This document shows, piece after piece, positions 9,045-19,374 of a stretch of 64,000 nt of DNA (the first letter of the stretch is position 1; each line of letters begins with the position of its first letter). The notes below the pieces were generated by a model, which was given only the letters and a program-made list of their open reading frames with translations, was not told the DNA's origin and made no database searches. Made by a program: the position numbers and the translations under genes. The stretch comes from a virus (Duplodnaviria > Heunggongvirae > Uroviricota > Caudoviricetes): IMG/VR virus record IMGVR_UViG_3300035212_002004, positions 104,100-168,099 of that record; one strand, written 5' to 3'.

Positions 9045-10364
9045 TTAATTAAATTTTAATATGTCCTCTGCGACATAAATTCCTTGTGCACCACTTACTG
9101 TTATACCTCTAGCGGAAAGTGCATCACCAACGAAATGTACGTTTGGATACTTGGTCAGGGCTAGGTTGGTATAATCAACAAGTGGCTCAGGAGATAGATA
9201 TTTTACTTCAGGTATGTACATACCCCAATCGTCTTTTAATGTAGGGAATATTTTTTTCATTCCATCAATGAAATCATCAATGTATCCAAAATACCCTTCA
9301 AATACTTCTCTTACTTCATCCATTCCTAATCTATCTATTTGATAGGCTTCTACAAAATCACCTTCTGAAGTGTATGAAGGTACTCTAGATGGTGAGTAAT
9401 ATAATCCTTTATTATCAACTTGTAATATTTTAACTAAATTTCTGCTCCAAGTAAATGGATCTTCGATTCCGTTTACTTCCATTATGATACCGAAATTAGT
9501 CATATCGTTTCTATACTTTTCATCTTTCTTAGCATGACCATTGTATGAGTAGTTTCCGTATGTTTCTTCTACCGCAACATAAGCAGCATTGTTATTAGTG
9601 CAGAATGAACGTAATGATACTCCTTTATCATCGAATTTTCTATATAACTTAAAGTCATATGATACATCAATTAGTTTTTGGAAATGTTTTTGTGGTGCTT
9701 CAAAACGAACACCAATTTGTACTGATTTAGGTTCAGTTGGTAAGTCGTATTGTTCGGCTAAAGATTTACCAAAGTCAATACCTGATTTTCCAACACCAAA
9801 TATGAGTTCATCATAGGACAATCTTACTTCTTGTTGATATTTATCTTTAGCTCTAATAAACTTAGTATCAAAATCAATAGAATATACTTTAGTTTCCCAT
9901 TCAAAATGAACTCCATTATCAACTAAATATTGATACCAGTTTTTATTAATTTTATGCAAGTAATCAGTTCCTATATGATAAACACCAAATAAACGTAAAC
10001 CAAAGTAGGGTTTAATAAAGTCAGGTTCTTCTGTAGGATTTGAATACATTATTTTAGAAGGATCAGGGTGAAATCTTCTCCACATATCGATAGATTGATC
10101 CATTAATTCATATGCTTTATCTTTACCACAATATTTTGAAAGCTGACCACCAATCATATGATGGTATGTAAGTTTCCCATCTGAAAATCCTCCAGCTCCT
10201 GCGAACCCTTCCATAACTTCATTAGGCTTTCTATTATAAGGGTCTTTACCCATATCAATAATAGTAATCAAATTGCCAGGATATCCATTGTCAATTAGTT
10301 TAGTAGCAGCACTAATTCCTGATACTCCACTACCTACAATAACAATTTTTTTAGTTTGTTTCAT
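9045..10364 (-). CDS. FAD-dependent oxidoreductase (COG2509-like FAD-dependent dehydrogenase)
   Basis: N-terminal Rossmann GxGxxG (IVIVGSGVSGISAA). GFAGAGGFSDGKL motif. C-terminal GDA..RG typical of FAD enzymes. Confidence 0.7.
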   Translation of the reverse strand: MKQTKKIVIVGSGVSGISAATKLIDNGYPGNLITIIDMGKDPYNRKPNEVMEGFAGAGGFSDGKLTYHHMIGGQLSKYCGKDKAYELMDQSIDMWRRFHPDPSKIMYSNPTEEPDFIKPYFGLRLFGVYHIGTDYLHKINKNWYQYLVDNGVHFEWETKVYSIDFDTKFIRAKDKYQQEVRLSYDELIFGVGKSGIDFGKSLAEQYDLPTEPKSVQIGVRFEAPQKHFQKLIDVSYDFKLYRKFDDKGVSLRSFCTNNNAAYVAVEETYGNYSYNGHAKKDEKYRNDMTNFGIIMEVNGIEDPFTWSRNLVKILQVDNKGLYYSPSRVPSYTSEGDFVEAYQIDRLGMDEVREVFEGYFGYIDDFIDGMKKIFPTLKDDWGMYIPEVKYLSPEPLVDYTNLALTKYPNVHFVGDALSARGITVSGAQGIYVAEDILKFN

Positions 10365-10399
10365 TTTTATATTCCCATTTAAATTTATATTTTAAATAT

Positions 10400-10425
10400 A
10401 AGAAGGCTCCTTTACGGAGCCAAAC
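10400..10425 (-). terminator. GGCTCC-tttac-GGAGCC stem-loop (member of recurring intergenic hairpin family)
   Basis: Same GGCTCC/GGAGCC stem recurs near 11955, 21262, 55707 and 61975. Confidence 0.5.
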
Positions 10426-10444
10426 TTATTAATTAGTTTATTTT

Positions 10445-10888
10445 TTATATAACATTATATTCTACTCCTCCTGTTTTTAAATTAACAATACCCGGAATAT
10501 TAATCATTTTGTAATCTTTTGCTTGAATATCATAGACAGGTATTAGTCCCTTAGTATTAGGATCATATGGTAATACTCCTCCTCTTAGATAAGCTTTAAC
10601 ACCTAAACGAGCATTCATTACTCTTTTCTCACCATTAGATTTTTTAATAAAAGTAACAGTAAAAATTTGCCCTTTAGTATCTCTTATCTTTTGGGCAGCT
10701 TCTAATTTAGAAATATTTTGAAGTGGTTGTTCTTCAGGAATTTCAGATTCAGGTGTTTCTGGTTCAGGTGCTAGTTCAGCTTCTGGTTCAGGTTCTACTC
10801 TATCCCCAATATTAAGTTCAGGTTCCTGTTCTTTAAAGATTTGTTTTAATTCCTCTCTAATAATCTCTTTTAATTCTGATTTTTTCAT
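10445..10888 (-). CDS. hypothetical protein (acidic PE-repeat N-terminus, beta-rich C-terminus)
   Basis: 147-aa ORF. Confidence 0.5.
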   Translation of the reverse strand: MKKSELKEIIREELKQIFKEQEPELNIGDRVEPEPEAELAPEPETPESEIPEEQPLQNISKLEAAQKIRDTKGQIFTVTFIKKSNGEKRVMNARLGVKAYLRGGVLPYDPNTKGLIPVYDIQAKDYKMINIPGIVNLKTGGVEYNVI

Positions 10889-11112
10889 TAGCCTAGTTCT
10901 TCAAAGTCATCGTTTTTATCTAAATAGAATTTGTCTTCTTTACCTTTACCATTTGATAATGTTAACTCAATATCACTACCATAAGGTTTTTTATCGATAA
11001 CTGTGACCATTTCTCCCTTTTTAAATATACCAATGTCTCCTCTTAAGGCCAAATCATCTCCAATTTTGATTTGAACTTCTTTTATTTCCTTTAAATATTC
11101 GTTTAATTTCAT
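10888..11112 (-). CDS. hypothetical protein
   Basis: 74-aa ORF, ATGA overlap with downstream gene. Confidence 0.45.
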   Translation of the reverse strand: MKLNEYLKEIKEVQIKIGDDLALRGDIGIFKKGEMVTVIDKKPYGSDIELTLSNGKGKEDKFYLDKNDDFEELG

Positions 11113-11133
11113 GGTAGTATTTACGAATAAATA

Positions 11134-11919
11134 TTATTTTTTAATTTCTCTTTCTAATTGTTTAGTAACTATACCTTCATAAGTTCTATTAGCAACAGTA
11201 TGATACTTATGGCAATCATTACATTGTACTTGAATACGTGGTGTTCCAGCAGCAGAATAACGAGTTTTAGAATATCTTAGATCTTCTGAACCGCATTCAG
11301 GGCAAGATGATTTTTCTCCTGTTGATAATACACCAAAGTGAGATTTATGAGGAACATAATTTTTAAGATGATGAAATACCTTTTCTAATATAATAACATC
11401 ATTTTTACAGTATTCAACCATGGTTTTCATAGCAGTTTGACTGTTATTTAGTACTATATCTTTCCATAAATCAAATCCTCCAGTTTCAGATTTTTCACCT
11501 ACACCTAAATATTGGGAAATGTAATTTAAAGTATTACTATTAAATCTAAATTTAGAACGTGATTGTTTTAAAGTATCAAGTGTAGTATAATTAGGAAAAC
11601 ATGGGATTCTATGGAATAAACAACGTGTTCTAATCCAAGGTAAATCAAATCTATCCCCATTATGACCTACTAATTCATTAGCTTCATTAGCCACAGTGAT
11701 AAATTTTTCTAACATAGATTTATCATCTTGGTCTTTATCCCAATTTAAAGAGTATACTTTATCTTCATCCTCCCATTTGTAACAAATACAAATAATAGCT
11801 CTTTCTTTAATAATATTGCTGTATGGTACATTTAATTTATACCCAGACTGCCAGAAAAATCCGATATTGGGACTAGTTTCGATGTCAAAAAATAATCTTT
11901 TTTTATTTAATTTGTTCAT
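11134..11919 (-). CDS. DnaQ/DEDD-family 3'-5' exonuclease (T4 DexA-like) with C-terminal zinc ribbon
   Basis: Exo I FDIETS. Exo II GHNGDRFDLP. Exo III YCKNDV. CPECG...CNDCH C4 ribbon. Confidence 0.7.
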   Translation of the reverse strand: MNKLNKKRLFFDIETSPNIGFFWQSGYKLNVPYSNIIKERAIICICYKWEDEDKVYSLNWDKDQDDKSMLEKFITVANEANELVGHNGDRFDLPWIRTRCLFHRIPCFPNYTTLDTLKQSRSKFRFNSNTLNYISQYLGVGEKSETGGFDLWKDIVLNNSQTAMKTMVEYCKNDVIILEKVFHHLKNYVPHKSHFGVLSTGEKSSCPECGSEDLRYSKTRYSAAGTPRIQVQCNDCHKYHTVANRTYEGIVTKQLEREIKK

Positions 11920-11976
11920 AACATGTTCGTTAAATTAGTGAAATATAATAAGGCTCCTTTAGGGAGCCAAATTTAT

Positions 11977-12708
11977 TTACATTTTTATTCTAAATTTTTT
12001 AAATGATTCTTTTAATGTTGGAGGTGTTTCCTCTTCAGGTGGCGTTTCTACTGGTGCTTCTTCTTGAGTATTATTTTGTAAATCAGCTTGATTATTAACT
12101 TCTTCAGTTGGGCCTTCACTTCCTGGAGGCATACCTAATTCTAATAGTTGGGCTATTGAAGTAATGGCAAATTCCTCTTCTGATAAATTCATTAGATTAT
12201 ATTTTTTGCCTGCTATTTTAGCTACATAAGCTTGAGGACTGTATATTAAATGAAATTCTTGGTTATTGTGAAGTAATATTCTGAATGTAGTTGGTTTAGG
12301 TGCTATAATGAATATTCCTGTTACATAATCTCTAAAAGAAGGAGTTAATAAATCTATCATAGTAGTATCTAATGATGGATATTTTTGTAATATAAATTCT
12401 AATGGATTACCTTCAAATGTAAGAGGTTCAGAAGATTTAAAATCTTCAATTTCCTCTTTAATAATTCTTTTAACCAATTCTAGTTTTTCACTAATTATTT
12501 GAATATCATCATTACCAATTTTAACTATATCTCTAATAGGAAAAGTTTTAGTTTCACCTGTTTTTTCATTTTTTACTCTAATAGACTTATTACTAGAAGT
12601 TACAAATATGCTAGAATAAACTTTCACATCTCCTTTAAATTTAACACTAGTATGAGGGTTTCTTACTTTATCAGGTAAATCTTTTAATTTATATTGTTTG
12701 GTTTTCAT
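11977..12708 (-). CDS. hypothetical protein with acidic C-terminal tail
   Basis: 243-aa ORF. Confidence 0.5.
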   Translation of the reverse strand: MKTKQYKLKDLPDKVRNPHTSVKFKGDVKVYSSIFVTSSNKSIRVKNEKTGETKTFPIRDIVKIGNDDIQIISEKLELVKRIIKEEIEDFKSSEPLTFEGNPLEFILQKYPSLDTTMIDLLTPSFRDYVTGIFIIAPKPTTFRILLHNNQEFHLIYSPQAYVAKIAGKKYNLMNLSEEEFAITSIAQLLELGMPPGSEGPTEEVNNQADLQNNTQEEAPVETPPEEETPPTLKESFKKFRIKM

Positions 12709-12975
12709 TTAATTTTCTATTATGCTAATTAGTAAGTTAGAAGAACCCTTTATTATTCTATGATAGGTTTCTTTAGGTATAAATATTATATCTCCTATTT
12801 GAAGAGTTAAAGGTAATTCATTATCTTTTTGGAATTGCCATCCTTCACCTTCTAATATAGTAACATAACGATCTTTTTCATCTTTATGCCAGACTAATTC
12901 ATGGTTGTCTATATCAATTTTAAATTCACGTAAACGTGAATTAGGGGTATTTATAACTTCTTGATAAGGCTTCAT
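12709..12975 (-). CDS. hypothetical small beta-rich protein (possibly cupin-like)
   Basis: 88-aa ORF. Confidence 0.4.
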   Translation of the reverse strand: MKPYQEVINTPNSRLREFKIDIDNHELVWHKDEKDRYVTILEGEGWQFQKDNELPLTLQIGDIIFIPKETYHRIIKGSSNLLISIIEN

Positions 12976-13320
12976 TTATACTTCAGAAGTATAAGTAGTA
13001 CCCTCTTGTTTAAATCCTATTACACCCGGTACTTTTTTAATATTACCTGCTATAATTTGAATTGTTTCTTCTCCGTTAAATTTATTTTGTTTAACATATG
13101 GGTAAGGGTCTATTTTCATTTCTAGTCTACTTCTAAAATATCTTGAAGTAGCATCTTGTTCCATTTCTATATTTCGTACTACTGTAATACCAGGTAAAGC
13201 ACGAATATCAGATAACATATCTTTTTGATTTCTAGTAGTATCATCTACAATAAGGGTTCCATTAAGATGGAATATTTTATCAAGTGCTGCTTCGTTAAGT
13301 AAATTATTTAATTTTATCAT
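12976..13320 (-). CDS. hypothetical protein
   Basis: 114-aa ORF. Confidence 0.5.
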   Translation of the reverse strand: MIKLNNLLNEAALDKIFHLNGTLIVDDTTRNQKDMLSDIRALPGITVVRNIEMEQDATSRYFRSRLEMKIDPYPYVKQNKFNGEETIQIIAGNIKKVPGVIGFKQEGTTYTSEV

Positions 13321-13322
13321 AA

Positions 13323-13658
13323 TTATTTTGTTTTATCTACCCACCAAATACAAACATATTCTGTTGGTTCAGTAGGAATTTTACCATTACCATTCCAATC
13401 AATATAATATTGACCTTCACATAACTGTTTTTCTTTATCCCATTTAGCACAGTTAGCACACATTGCACCTCCTTGAGGAACAGATTTTGCTGGTTGGAAT
13501 TCTTTAGGGAAATTAAGTTGAGAGGTTTCTTCTTCTTTAATAGGTACACAATTATTTACTCGTTTACCTGTTTTATCAGATATTTTAGTTTTAGGATTAC
13601 CTTTTTTATATCCATCCCAACATTCGTTTTCTTGTAATATATCTTTTAATTTTATCAT
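13323..13658 (-). CDS. Cys-rich small protein (CANCAKW...C...C), start reassigned to ATG 13658
   Basis: ATG at 13658 sits 1 nt after the TAA of the upstream gene (TAAGATGA). The ORF-track start 13691 would overlap by 32 nt. Confidence 0.45.
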   Translation of the reverse strand: MIKLKDILQENECWDGYKKGNPKTKISDKTGKRVNNCVPIKEEETSQLNFPKEFQPAKSVPQGGAMCANCAKWDKEKQLCEGQYYIDWNGNGKIPTEPTEYVCIWWVDKTK

Positions 13659-13659
13659 C

Positions 13660-14892
13660 TTACCAATATCCGCTAAAATTTGATCCCCCACCTAATGATT
13701 TCCAATACTTTCCAATATTACAAGACCAATATCCAGGAGTTGTTCTATCTTTTTTTCTATCACAATTTTGACGTGCAGCAAAAGCTCTTCTAGCTTTAGG
13801 ATCTCTAATTTTAACTGCTAAGTTTTGACCACCACCAGCTGCTCCAAATTGTACTTTTTTTACTTTATCTCCATCTTTAACATAAACAAAGAATTTTTTA
13901 GAACCACCACGTTTTGGTTTCCCAAGAGATACTTCTTTACCTTGATATTCAGCTTCATTTAAAGAGGGATTTAAAGCTTTTAATACATCTTTATATAATC
14001 TTTCATTTTCAGAAGCCCAGTTAGGAAATACTTCTTTATACTTTTCATAAAAAGCTTTAAATTTTTGAAGTTTAATAGGATCTAAATTAGTTTCATCTTG
14101 ATATTTTAAAATTTCATTTTGATCTATTGCAAATTCTATTTTTTTCTTGTTAGAATTAGCTAATTTATTAAAAATATTTTTATATATAGGTTCATTACTC
14201 ATCATAGAACCTGCGAATTTAATATAATCTACAAGACCCATTCTTTCCTTTCTTAAATCCTTCATCATAACCTCATGCTCTTCTTTATTTAAAGCATTGG
14301 TATCAGGTGAAAAAGAATGAGGAATGTAATTATATAAAGTAAAACCATGATATTCAGCTTCATCTAACGATTTACCCGCAATACTTTCATAGTTCGCCAT
14401 AGTCAATGTATCACCAGAGGTACTTAAAGCAAGCGCTTTTTCTGTTACATCATGTAAATCCATATCAGTTTTAGCATCTTCTCTAGCATATTCTAACATA
14501 CGGATAAATAAGGGAACATCCATAGTGATTTTATCAGTTGGATTAGTACCCTCTTCAACCATTGGTACATCTAAAGCCACAAATTGACCTTCAAATAGAC
14601 CATAATTTCCAATATCTGTATTCTCAATTAACCATCTATCCTCAGGATTTAAGTATAATTTTTCTTCATTATAAAGTTTTCTTACTTCTTTAAATAAAGA
14701 TAATTGAGCTTCAGTACCATATCTAAAAGCATTCTCATGTAATGGGATTTCTTTATCTAAATGGTATTGAAGATTTTTAGAGACTTTATCTTCGGTTAAT
14801 AAAATATTCTCTTGAAGAGATGATACATTACTTTCTTGAAAGATATGTTCTATAGTTTCTCTAATTATATTTCTTAAATCTGATTTATCCAT
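13660..14892 (-). CDS. hypothetical protein with basic Gly-rich C-terminus
   Basis: 410-aa ORF. Confidence 0.55.
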   Translation of the reverse strand: MDKSDLRNIIRETIEHIFQESNVSSLQENILLTEDKVSKNLQYHLDKEIPLHENAFRYGTEAQLSLFKEVRKLYNEEKLYLNPEDRWLIENTDIGNYGLFEGQFVALDVPMVEEGTNPTDKITMDVPLFIRMLEYAREDAKTDMDLHDVTEKALALSTSGDTLTMANYESIAGKSLDEAEYHGFTLYNYIPHSFSPDTNALNKEEHEVMMKDLRKERMGLVDYIKFAGSMMSNEPIYKNIFNKLANSNKKKIEFAIDQNEILKYQDETNLDPIKLQKFKAFYEKYKEVFPNWASENERLYKDVLKALNPSLNEAEYQGKEVSLGKPKRGGSKKFFVYVKDGDKVKKVQFGAAGGGQNLAVKIRDPKARRAFAARQNCDRKKDRTTPGYWSCNIGKYWKSLGGGSNFSGYW

Positions 14893-14893
14893 T

Positions 14894-15001
14894 TTATTTA
14901 TATTTGGCTAAGATTTGTTCGTTTTTCTTGATAACGTTTTGTCTTTTAACTTGGTTACCATGGTTAGGTTTTTGTTTACCTGGTTTTCTTGATTTAGACA
15001 T
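14894..15001 (-). CDS. possible 35-aa highly basic peptide (MSKSRKPGKQKPNHGNQVKRQNVIKKNEQILAKYK)
   Basis: Fills the gap exactly between two genes. Below ORF-track length cut-off. No independent support. Confidence 0.3.
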   Translation of the reverse strand: MSKSRKPGKQKPNHGNQVKRQNVIKKNEQILAKYK

Positions 15002-15006
15002 GTTTG

Positions 15007-16515
15007 TTAATTAAACATATTCATAAAATTCTTAGCAGCTTGTTCAGATTTGAATCCTTTCTTAGTAAGATTTTCTCTTTTTTTAGTATCATGGTTAATT
15101 GCAGAATACTTTAAAGTCCAAGTGCCATCTTTTTCTTGAGAAACACCTTCTTCTTTAGTATCTTCTTGAGATTCTCTGCTTTTAACTTCTTCTAAATTAT
15201 CAGCATATTTATTTAATTTGTCTTTAGCATAATCAGCTGCTTGACCTAATTTTCCTTTTACTTTATCTTTTAAAGCCATATAAACAGCTTTTAAAGCTTG
15301 ATCTTGTTCAATATCATCTTCTTTATCTAAAGCAGCTTGGAAAGCATCTAGAATATCATCCATTGAAGTTTCTCCTTCACCTTCTTTTAAATGTTTAGTA
15401 GCAATTGCAAAAGCCTCTCCTTTATCCATTTTAGGATTTTTCTTTTTAATAACTTCTGCTTCTTTATTTCTTTTTTTAAGTTGAGCAGGAGTTAATTTTT
15501 TTTCTAAAAGAACTTCCTTAATCATAGAAGTTAATTGGGATTTTAATTGGTCTTTCATTGTATTTTTATTTTCGTAGAGGTTGTTGTATTTTTCTTGAAA
15601 TTTAATTGAAGCGTTAATTAAAGCTTTTTTATCAGATGTTGATATATCACTTACTGTGACTTTACCGTTTTCAACTTTAGTTTTAAATTTAAATTCATCT
15701 GGTATTAATTTTCTGAATTTAGCTGCTAGTTTTTCATCAGGTTCACCTTCATCATCTATAAATGTTTTAACAAAATTTATTTGATCAGGTCTATCAGGTG
15801 AAGTAACACTAGTTGCTTTTTCTTTAGGTTGTTCTGTTGATTCTTGTTCAGAAAAAACATATTCAAGTCCTGCATTATCCATTATAAGTTTTAATACTTT
15901 TTTAAGATAATCTTTGGATTTGAATGGATTCCAATTTTGAGGAAATGTTAATTCATCTTCATCAGCAGTATAATGAATACCTTTAGACATCACACCACTG
16001 TATTTTTTAAGATTTTCAGGTGTTTTAGTTAAAAAGAAATTAGCACCATACTTACCGTAAAAATTCATAGGCAATTTATCTCCAGGAAGTGATACTAAAA
16101 AATCAATAAAGTCGCCTTTATTTTCTTCAGACCAAGTTTGGAATTGAGGTTGTAGTTGAGTTTCAACTGAAGTGAAATCTTGCGATGCTCTAGATTTAAT
16201 ATCTAATACTTTGGCACGTTTTTCAGCTTCTGAAAATTTATTCCAAGTTTCTTTGGCTATTCTACCTTTAGTGGCTGGAGTGTTAGGCCCGAATACTTTT
16301 TCAATAGTTTTAGGATCTCTTAAATTTTGAGCATACACTCCATAATTTTTAACATTAGATAAGGCTGCGATAGCCTTATTAACATCTTCAGGGATCAATA
16401 CTACATCATACTCAGCGTATTTTTTAGTTTGATCATCTTCACCATCTTCAAGTTCCTCTTTAATAAAGGTATAAAGATGTTTAGATAAGATTTCAGTATA
16501 TTTACTATTCGTCAT
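15007..16515 (-). CDS. hypothetical charged protein (Lys/Glu-rich, coiled-coil-like C-terminus)
   Basis: 502-aa ORF. Confidence 0.55.
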   Translation of the reverse strand: MTNSKYTEILSKHLYTFIKEELEDGEDDQTKKYAEYDVVLIPEDVNKAIAALSNVKNYGVYAQNLRDPKTIEKVFGPNTPATKGRIAKETWNKFSEAEKRAKVLDIKSRASQDFTSVETQLQPQFQTWSEENKGDFIDFLVSLPGDKLPMNFYGKYGANFFLTKTPENLKKYSGVMSKGIHYTADEDELTFPQNWNPFKSKDYLKKVLKLIMDNAGLEYVFSEQESTEQPKEKATSVTSPDRPDQINFVKTFIDDEGEPDEKLAAKFRKLIPDEFKFKTKVENGKVTVSDISTSDKKALINASIKFQEKYNNLYENKNTMKDQLKSQLTSMIKEVLLEKKLTPAQLKKRNKEAEVIKKKNPKMDKGEAFAIATKHLKEGEGETSMDDILDAFQAALDKEDDIEQDQALKAVYMALKDKVKGKLGQAADYAKDKLNKYADNLEEVKSRESQEDTKEEGVSQEKDGTWTLKYSAINHDTKKRENLTKKGFKSEQAAKNFMNMFN

Positions 16516-17074
16516 CTTTAGTTTCTTTCTTTTCTTTTTTAGGAGAATTAGATTCTAATGCTGTTTTTAATTTATCTAATAAAGCTTCAAATTTTTCTAA
16601 TCTAGCGGTATAAGAACTTAATTCACTTCTTGTATCAGGATTATCAATTAGTTTTTGCATATCAGTTTTTAAAGTAGCAATTTGAGTTTCTAAATCACTT
16701 ACTTTAGTTTGACCTTTTTTAACATTTTCTTTTAAATCAGCATCTCTTTGTTTAAGAGCTTTTTTACCAGCAGCTAAAGCTTGATTAGAATTTAAATAAG
16801 CACCTGTATATTCAGTACCACCAATCATATTGCCCCCTAAAAGTTCTTCTAGAGTTACTGTTTCAACAATGCCTCCTTCACTCATATCTTTAGTAGCTTT
16901 TTTAACTAAATAAATGTTGCCATCTTTAGTTACTTTATCTTCAAATGGAATTTTTTCTTCAGTAATTGGAGTCTCATCAATTAATTCTTCTTCTAAATAA
17001 TCAGTTGTATTTAATTCTGATAAATAATCAGTTATGCTTTCTTTAATTATATTCTTTAAGAATGATTTTTTCAT
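16505..17074 (-). CDS. hypothetical coiled-coil protein
   Basis: 189-aa ORF. Confidence 0.5.
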   Translation of the reverse strand: MKKSFLKNIIKESITDYLSELNTTDYLEEELIDETPITEEKIPFEDKVTKDGNIYLVKKATKDMSEGGIVETVTLEELLGGNMIGGTEYTGAYLNSNQALAAGKKALKQRDADLKENVKKGQTKVSDLETQIATLKTDMQKLIDNPDTRSELSSYTARLEKFEALLDKLKTALESNSPKKEKKETKDDE

Positions 17075-17097
17075 GGGTTAGGTTTTGGTATAAATAT

Positions 17098-17670
17098 TTA
17101 TATCTCTGTTTCTCTTAGTCGTTTTATATTTGCTTTAACTGTTTTTATATATTCAGGATCAATGCTACCACCATCCCATTTTTCTATGTCACCCGCCTCA
17201 GTAACATATGTTTCTTTTTTACTATTGAAATATTCATTAAATATCTGTTCAGTATCATCTAAAGAAGTGTTTTTATTACTATTTAACATTTCTTTAACAT
17301 AGGCGTCATATTTACCCTCTATTCTAAGTTTTGTTTCCATTTCAATAACACAATCAAAACATTTAGAATGTATAGAATACATTTTTCTATTTAATGGTTG
17401 GTCTTTCATTGGTTTAGAACAACATGGGCAAGTAAGTGGAAATTCAACCATTGCCTTTAGGGCATCATGTTTGGTGACAGTTTGTTTGATATTATTGTAA
17501 ATAGTCCAAGTTTTACCGTTTTCTTCCCATATATCACCTTCAATATGAGTAATTTGATTTTTACTATAGCCTGCTTGAATTCTTGTTCCTTCACCAGTTT
17601 TTTTACTAATGATATTACGCATACGTTGTATGTCACGCTCTGAGAATTCTTTATTTAATTGTGTTGACAT
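17098..17670 (-). CDS. hypothetical zinc-ribbon protein (CPCC...CFDC)
   Basis: 190-aa ORF with two Cys pairs. Confidence 0.5.
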   Translation of the reverse strand: MSTQLNKEFSERDIQRMRNIISKKTGEGTRIQAGYSKNQITHIEGDIWEENGKTWTIYNNIKQTVTKHDALKAMVEFPLTCPCCSKPMKDQPLNRKMYSIHSKCFDCVIEMETKLRIEGKYDAYVKEMLNSNKNTSLDDTEQIFNEYFNSKKETYVTEAGDIEKWDGGSIDPEYIKTVKANIKRLRETEI

Positions 17671-17673
17671 AAC

Positions 17674-18210
17674 TTATAATCCTAGTTGTTTTAATTCGTT
17701 TATTGCTTGTTCTGTATTTTTGTATAGGATTCCTATACCATTTTTGGCTTTCCAACTCATAATAGTATCTTCTCGATCATCTATAAGAATCTCATTCGGG
17801 CCAGCTAAATCAGCTTTCTGTTTGGCTTGTTTAAAAATAATTGGAGTTCCTGGTATATGATCTTCAACCCAAGCTGTTTTACCTTCAGTGCTTGAATTAT
17901 GATATGAAGGTGCTGTAAGTAGAGTAGGTTTATATTGTTTTATATAATCCCATAAGACCCTACCTTCAGGCATCCAAGACATCCCTCTCCAAAATCTCAT
18001 TCCTACTTGATGGTCAATTACATCCCAAAACATATTAAGTGATTTTTTTTCACCATACTTTTTAGTCATTTCTACTCTATATTGATCTGGGGATAGACCA
18101 GTGAAATGTTCAAATCGAGATTCAAAATCACAAAGTACACCATCCATATCACAATAGATAGTGTAAGTTTTAGATAATTCTTCTTTAAATAACTCTTTCA
18201 TTGATATCAT
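17674..18210 (-). CDS. HAD-superfamily 5'(3')-deoxyribonucleotidase-like (NT5C family)
   Basis: Motif I IYCDMDGVLCDF (DxDGxL) at N-terminus. Size ~180 aa. Confidence 0.6.
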   Translation of the reverse strand: MISMKELFKEELSKTYTIYCDMDGVLCDFESRFEHFTGLSPDQYRVEMTKKYGEKKSLNMFWDVIDHQVGMRFWRGMSWMPEGRVLWDYIKQYKPTLLTAPSYHNSSTEGKTAWVEDHIPGTPIIFKQAKQKADLAGPNEILIDDREDTIMSWKAKNGIGILYKNTEQAINELKQLGL

Positions 18211-18348
18211 TTTCCTTCTCTTGTATTAATTTTATTAAATCTTCAAAAGTATTTATAAATTCTACTTCAGTATCTTTAATTTCTATATTAAATTCTTTTT
18301 CTACTGCTATTAATATTCTTAAAAAATAAACTGCGTCTATATGCATCG

Positions 18349-19344
18349 TTATTCAAATATTTCAGGATTTTCTCTCCCAAATTCTCTCATTATTACTCCT
18401 GCCATCGCATTAGCTTCATTTTCAATATTTGAACCGTCTTCCCCATTTAATTCTTTTCCATTTAGATTTTGCATATGATGTACTAATTCATGAGCTAATG
18501 TTCTTAAAATATCAGCCATATTTCTATTATGTACTACTACTTTTATTGATTGTTCTGAAGGGATGTAACCTCCAAAACTATGGTATTCTTGTGAGTATGA
18601 AGGTGAATTTATAATAGAAATTTTAGGTTTATTTATATTTAATCTATCACAGGTGTAATTAACAAATTTACCCATTAATGGAGCTTTTTGAGGAGTAAAT
18701 CCTTCATGCAGTATTGGTCCACCTCTATATTCAAATGAACCCTCTTCATCCATTTCTTCTCTATAAGGTTCTATAGTAGGTAATATATTAGTTTTGTAAT
18801 CTTCTAAAGTAGTTTCTTTTTCTTTATAATAAAACTTAATTAATGAAGGATTATAATTAGATAACTTTTCAGCTTCTTTTAAATATTCTTCATTATCCTC
18901 TATCATATCTAATATTATATGAATTTCCTTAATATAATTTTTAGCATTAGGAATTTCTTTTTTAAGGCCTAATATAATTCTTTCTTCAGATTCATCTGAA
19001 CCTTGATCTTTAGGCTCATCTTCATAATATTTAAAGGGAACAAATCTATATTTATCAGATAATTTATCACCATCTAAAACAATACGAGCTGTCATTCCTC
19101 CTATACCAAAAGAAGGTTGTTTATAGAGAAATTTATTACGAGTAGTAGAAAGAAAGTATAAATGTGTTATACCTTTTTCTTTAAAGAATTTTTCATCTTT
19201 TTTAAAAAATTGAAAATCTCTTTCATAATTCCATGTTCCTATCTCTGAACCTTTAAAAGCGTTCTCTCCAAGTATAGATTTTATAGAAGTTATTTTAGTA
19301 AAATGGTATATTACACCTAATTGTTTTCTTTCAGAAATAAACAT
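18349..19344 (-). CDS. putative Zn-metallopeptidase (HExxH near C-terminus)
   Basis: LAHELVHHMQ followed by downstream Glu. No other recognisable domain. Confidence 0.4.
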   Translation of the reverse strand: MFISERKQLGVIYHFTKITSIKSILGENAFKGSEIGTWNYERDFQFFKKDEKFFKEKGITHLYFLSTTRNKFLYKQPSFGIGGMTARIVLDGDKLSDKYRFVPFKYYEDEPKDQGSDESEERIILGLKKEIPNAKNYIKEIHIILDMIEDNEEYLKEAEKLSNYNPSLIKFYYKEKETTLEDYKTNILPTIEPYREEMDEEGSFEYRGGPILHEGFTPQKAPLMGKFVNYTCDRLNINKPKISIINSPSYSQEYHSFGGYIPSEQSIKVVVHNRNMADILRTLAHELVHHMQNLNGKELNGEDGSNIENEANAMAGVIMREFGRENPEIFE

Positions 19345-19374
19345 ATTATATAGTTATATGATTAATATAAATAT

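Noticed and set aside
13337-13549. Minus-strand 70-aa ORF nested in a different frame inside 13323..13658
   Set aside because: Fully embedded alternative frame of a Cys-rich gene with a better start context. No independent support.
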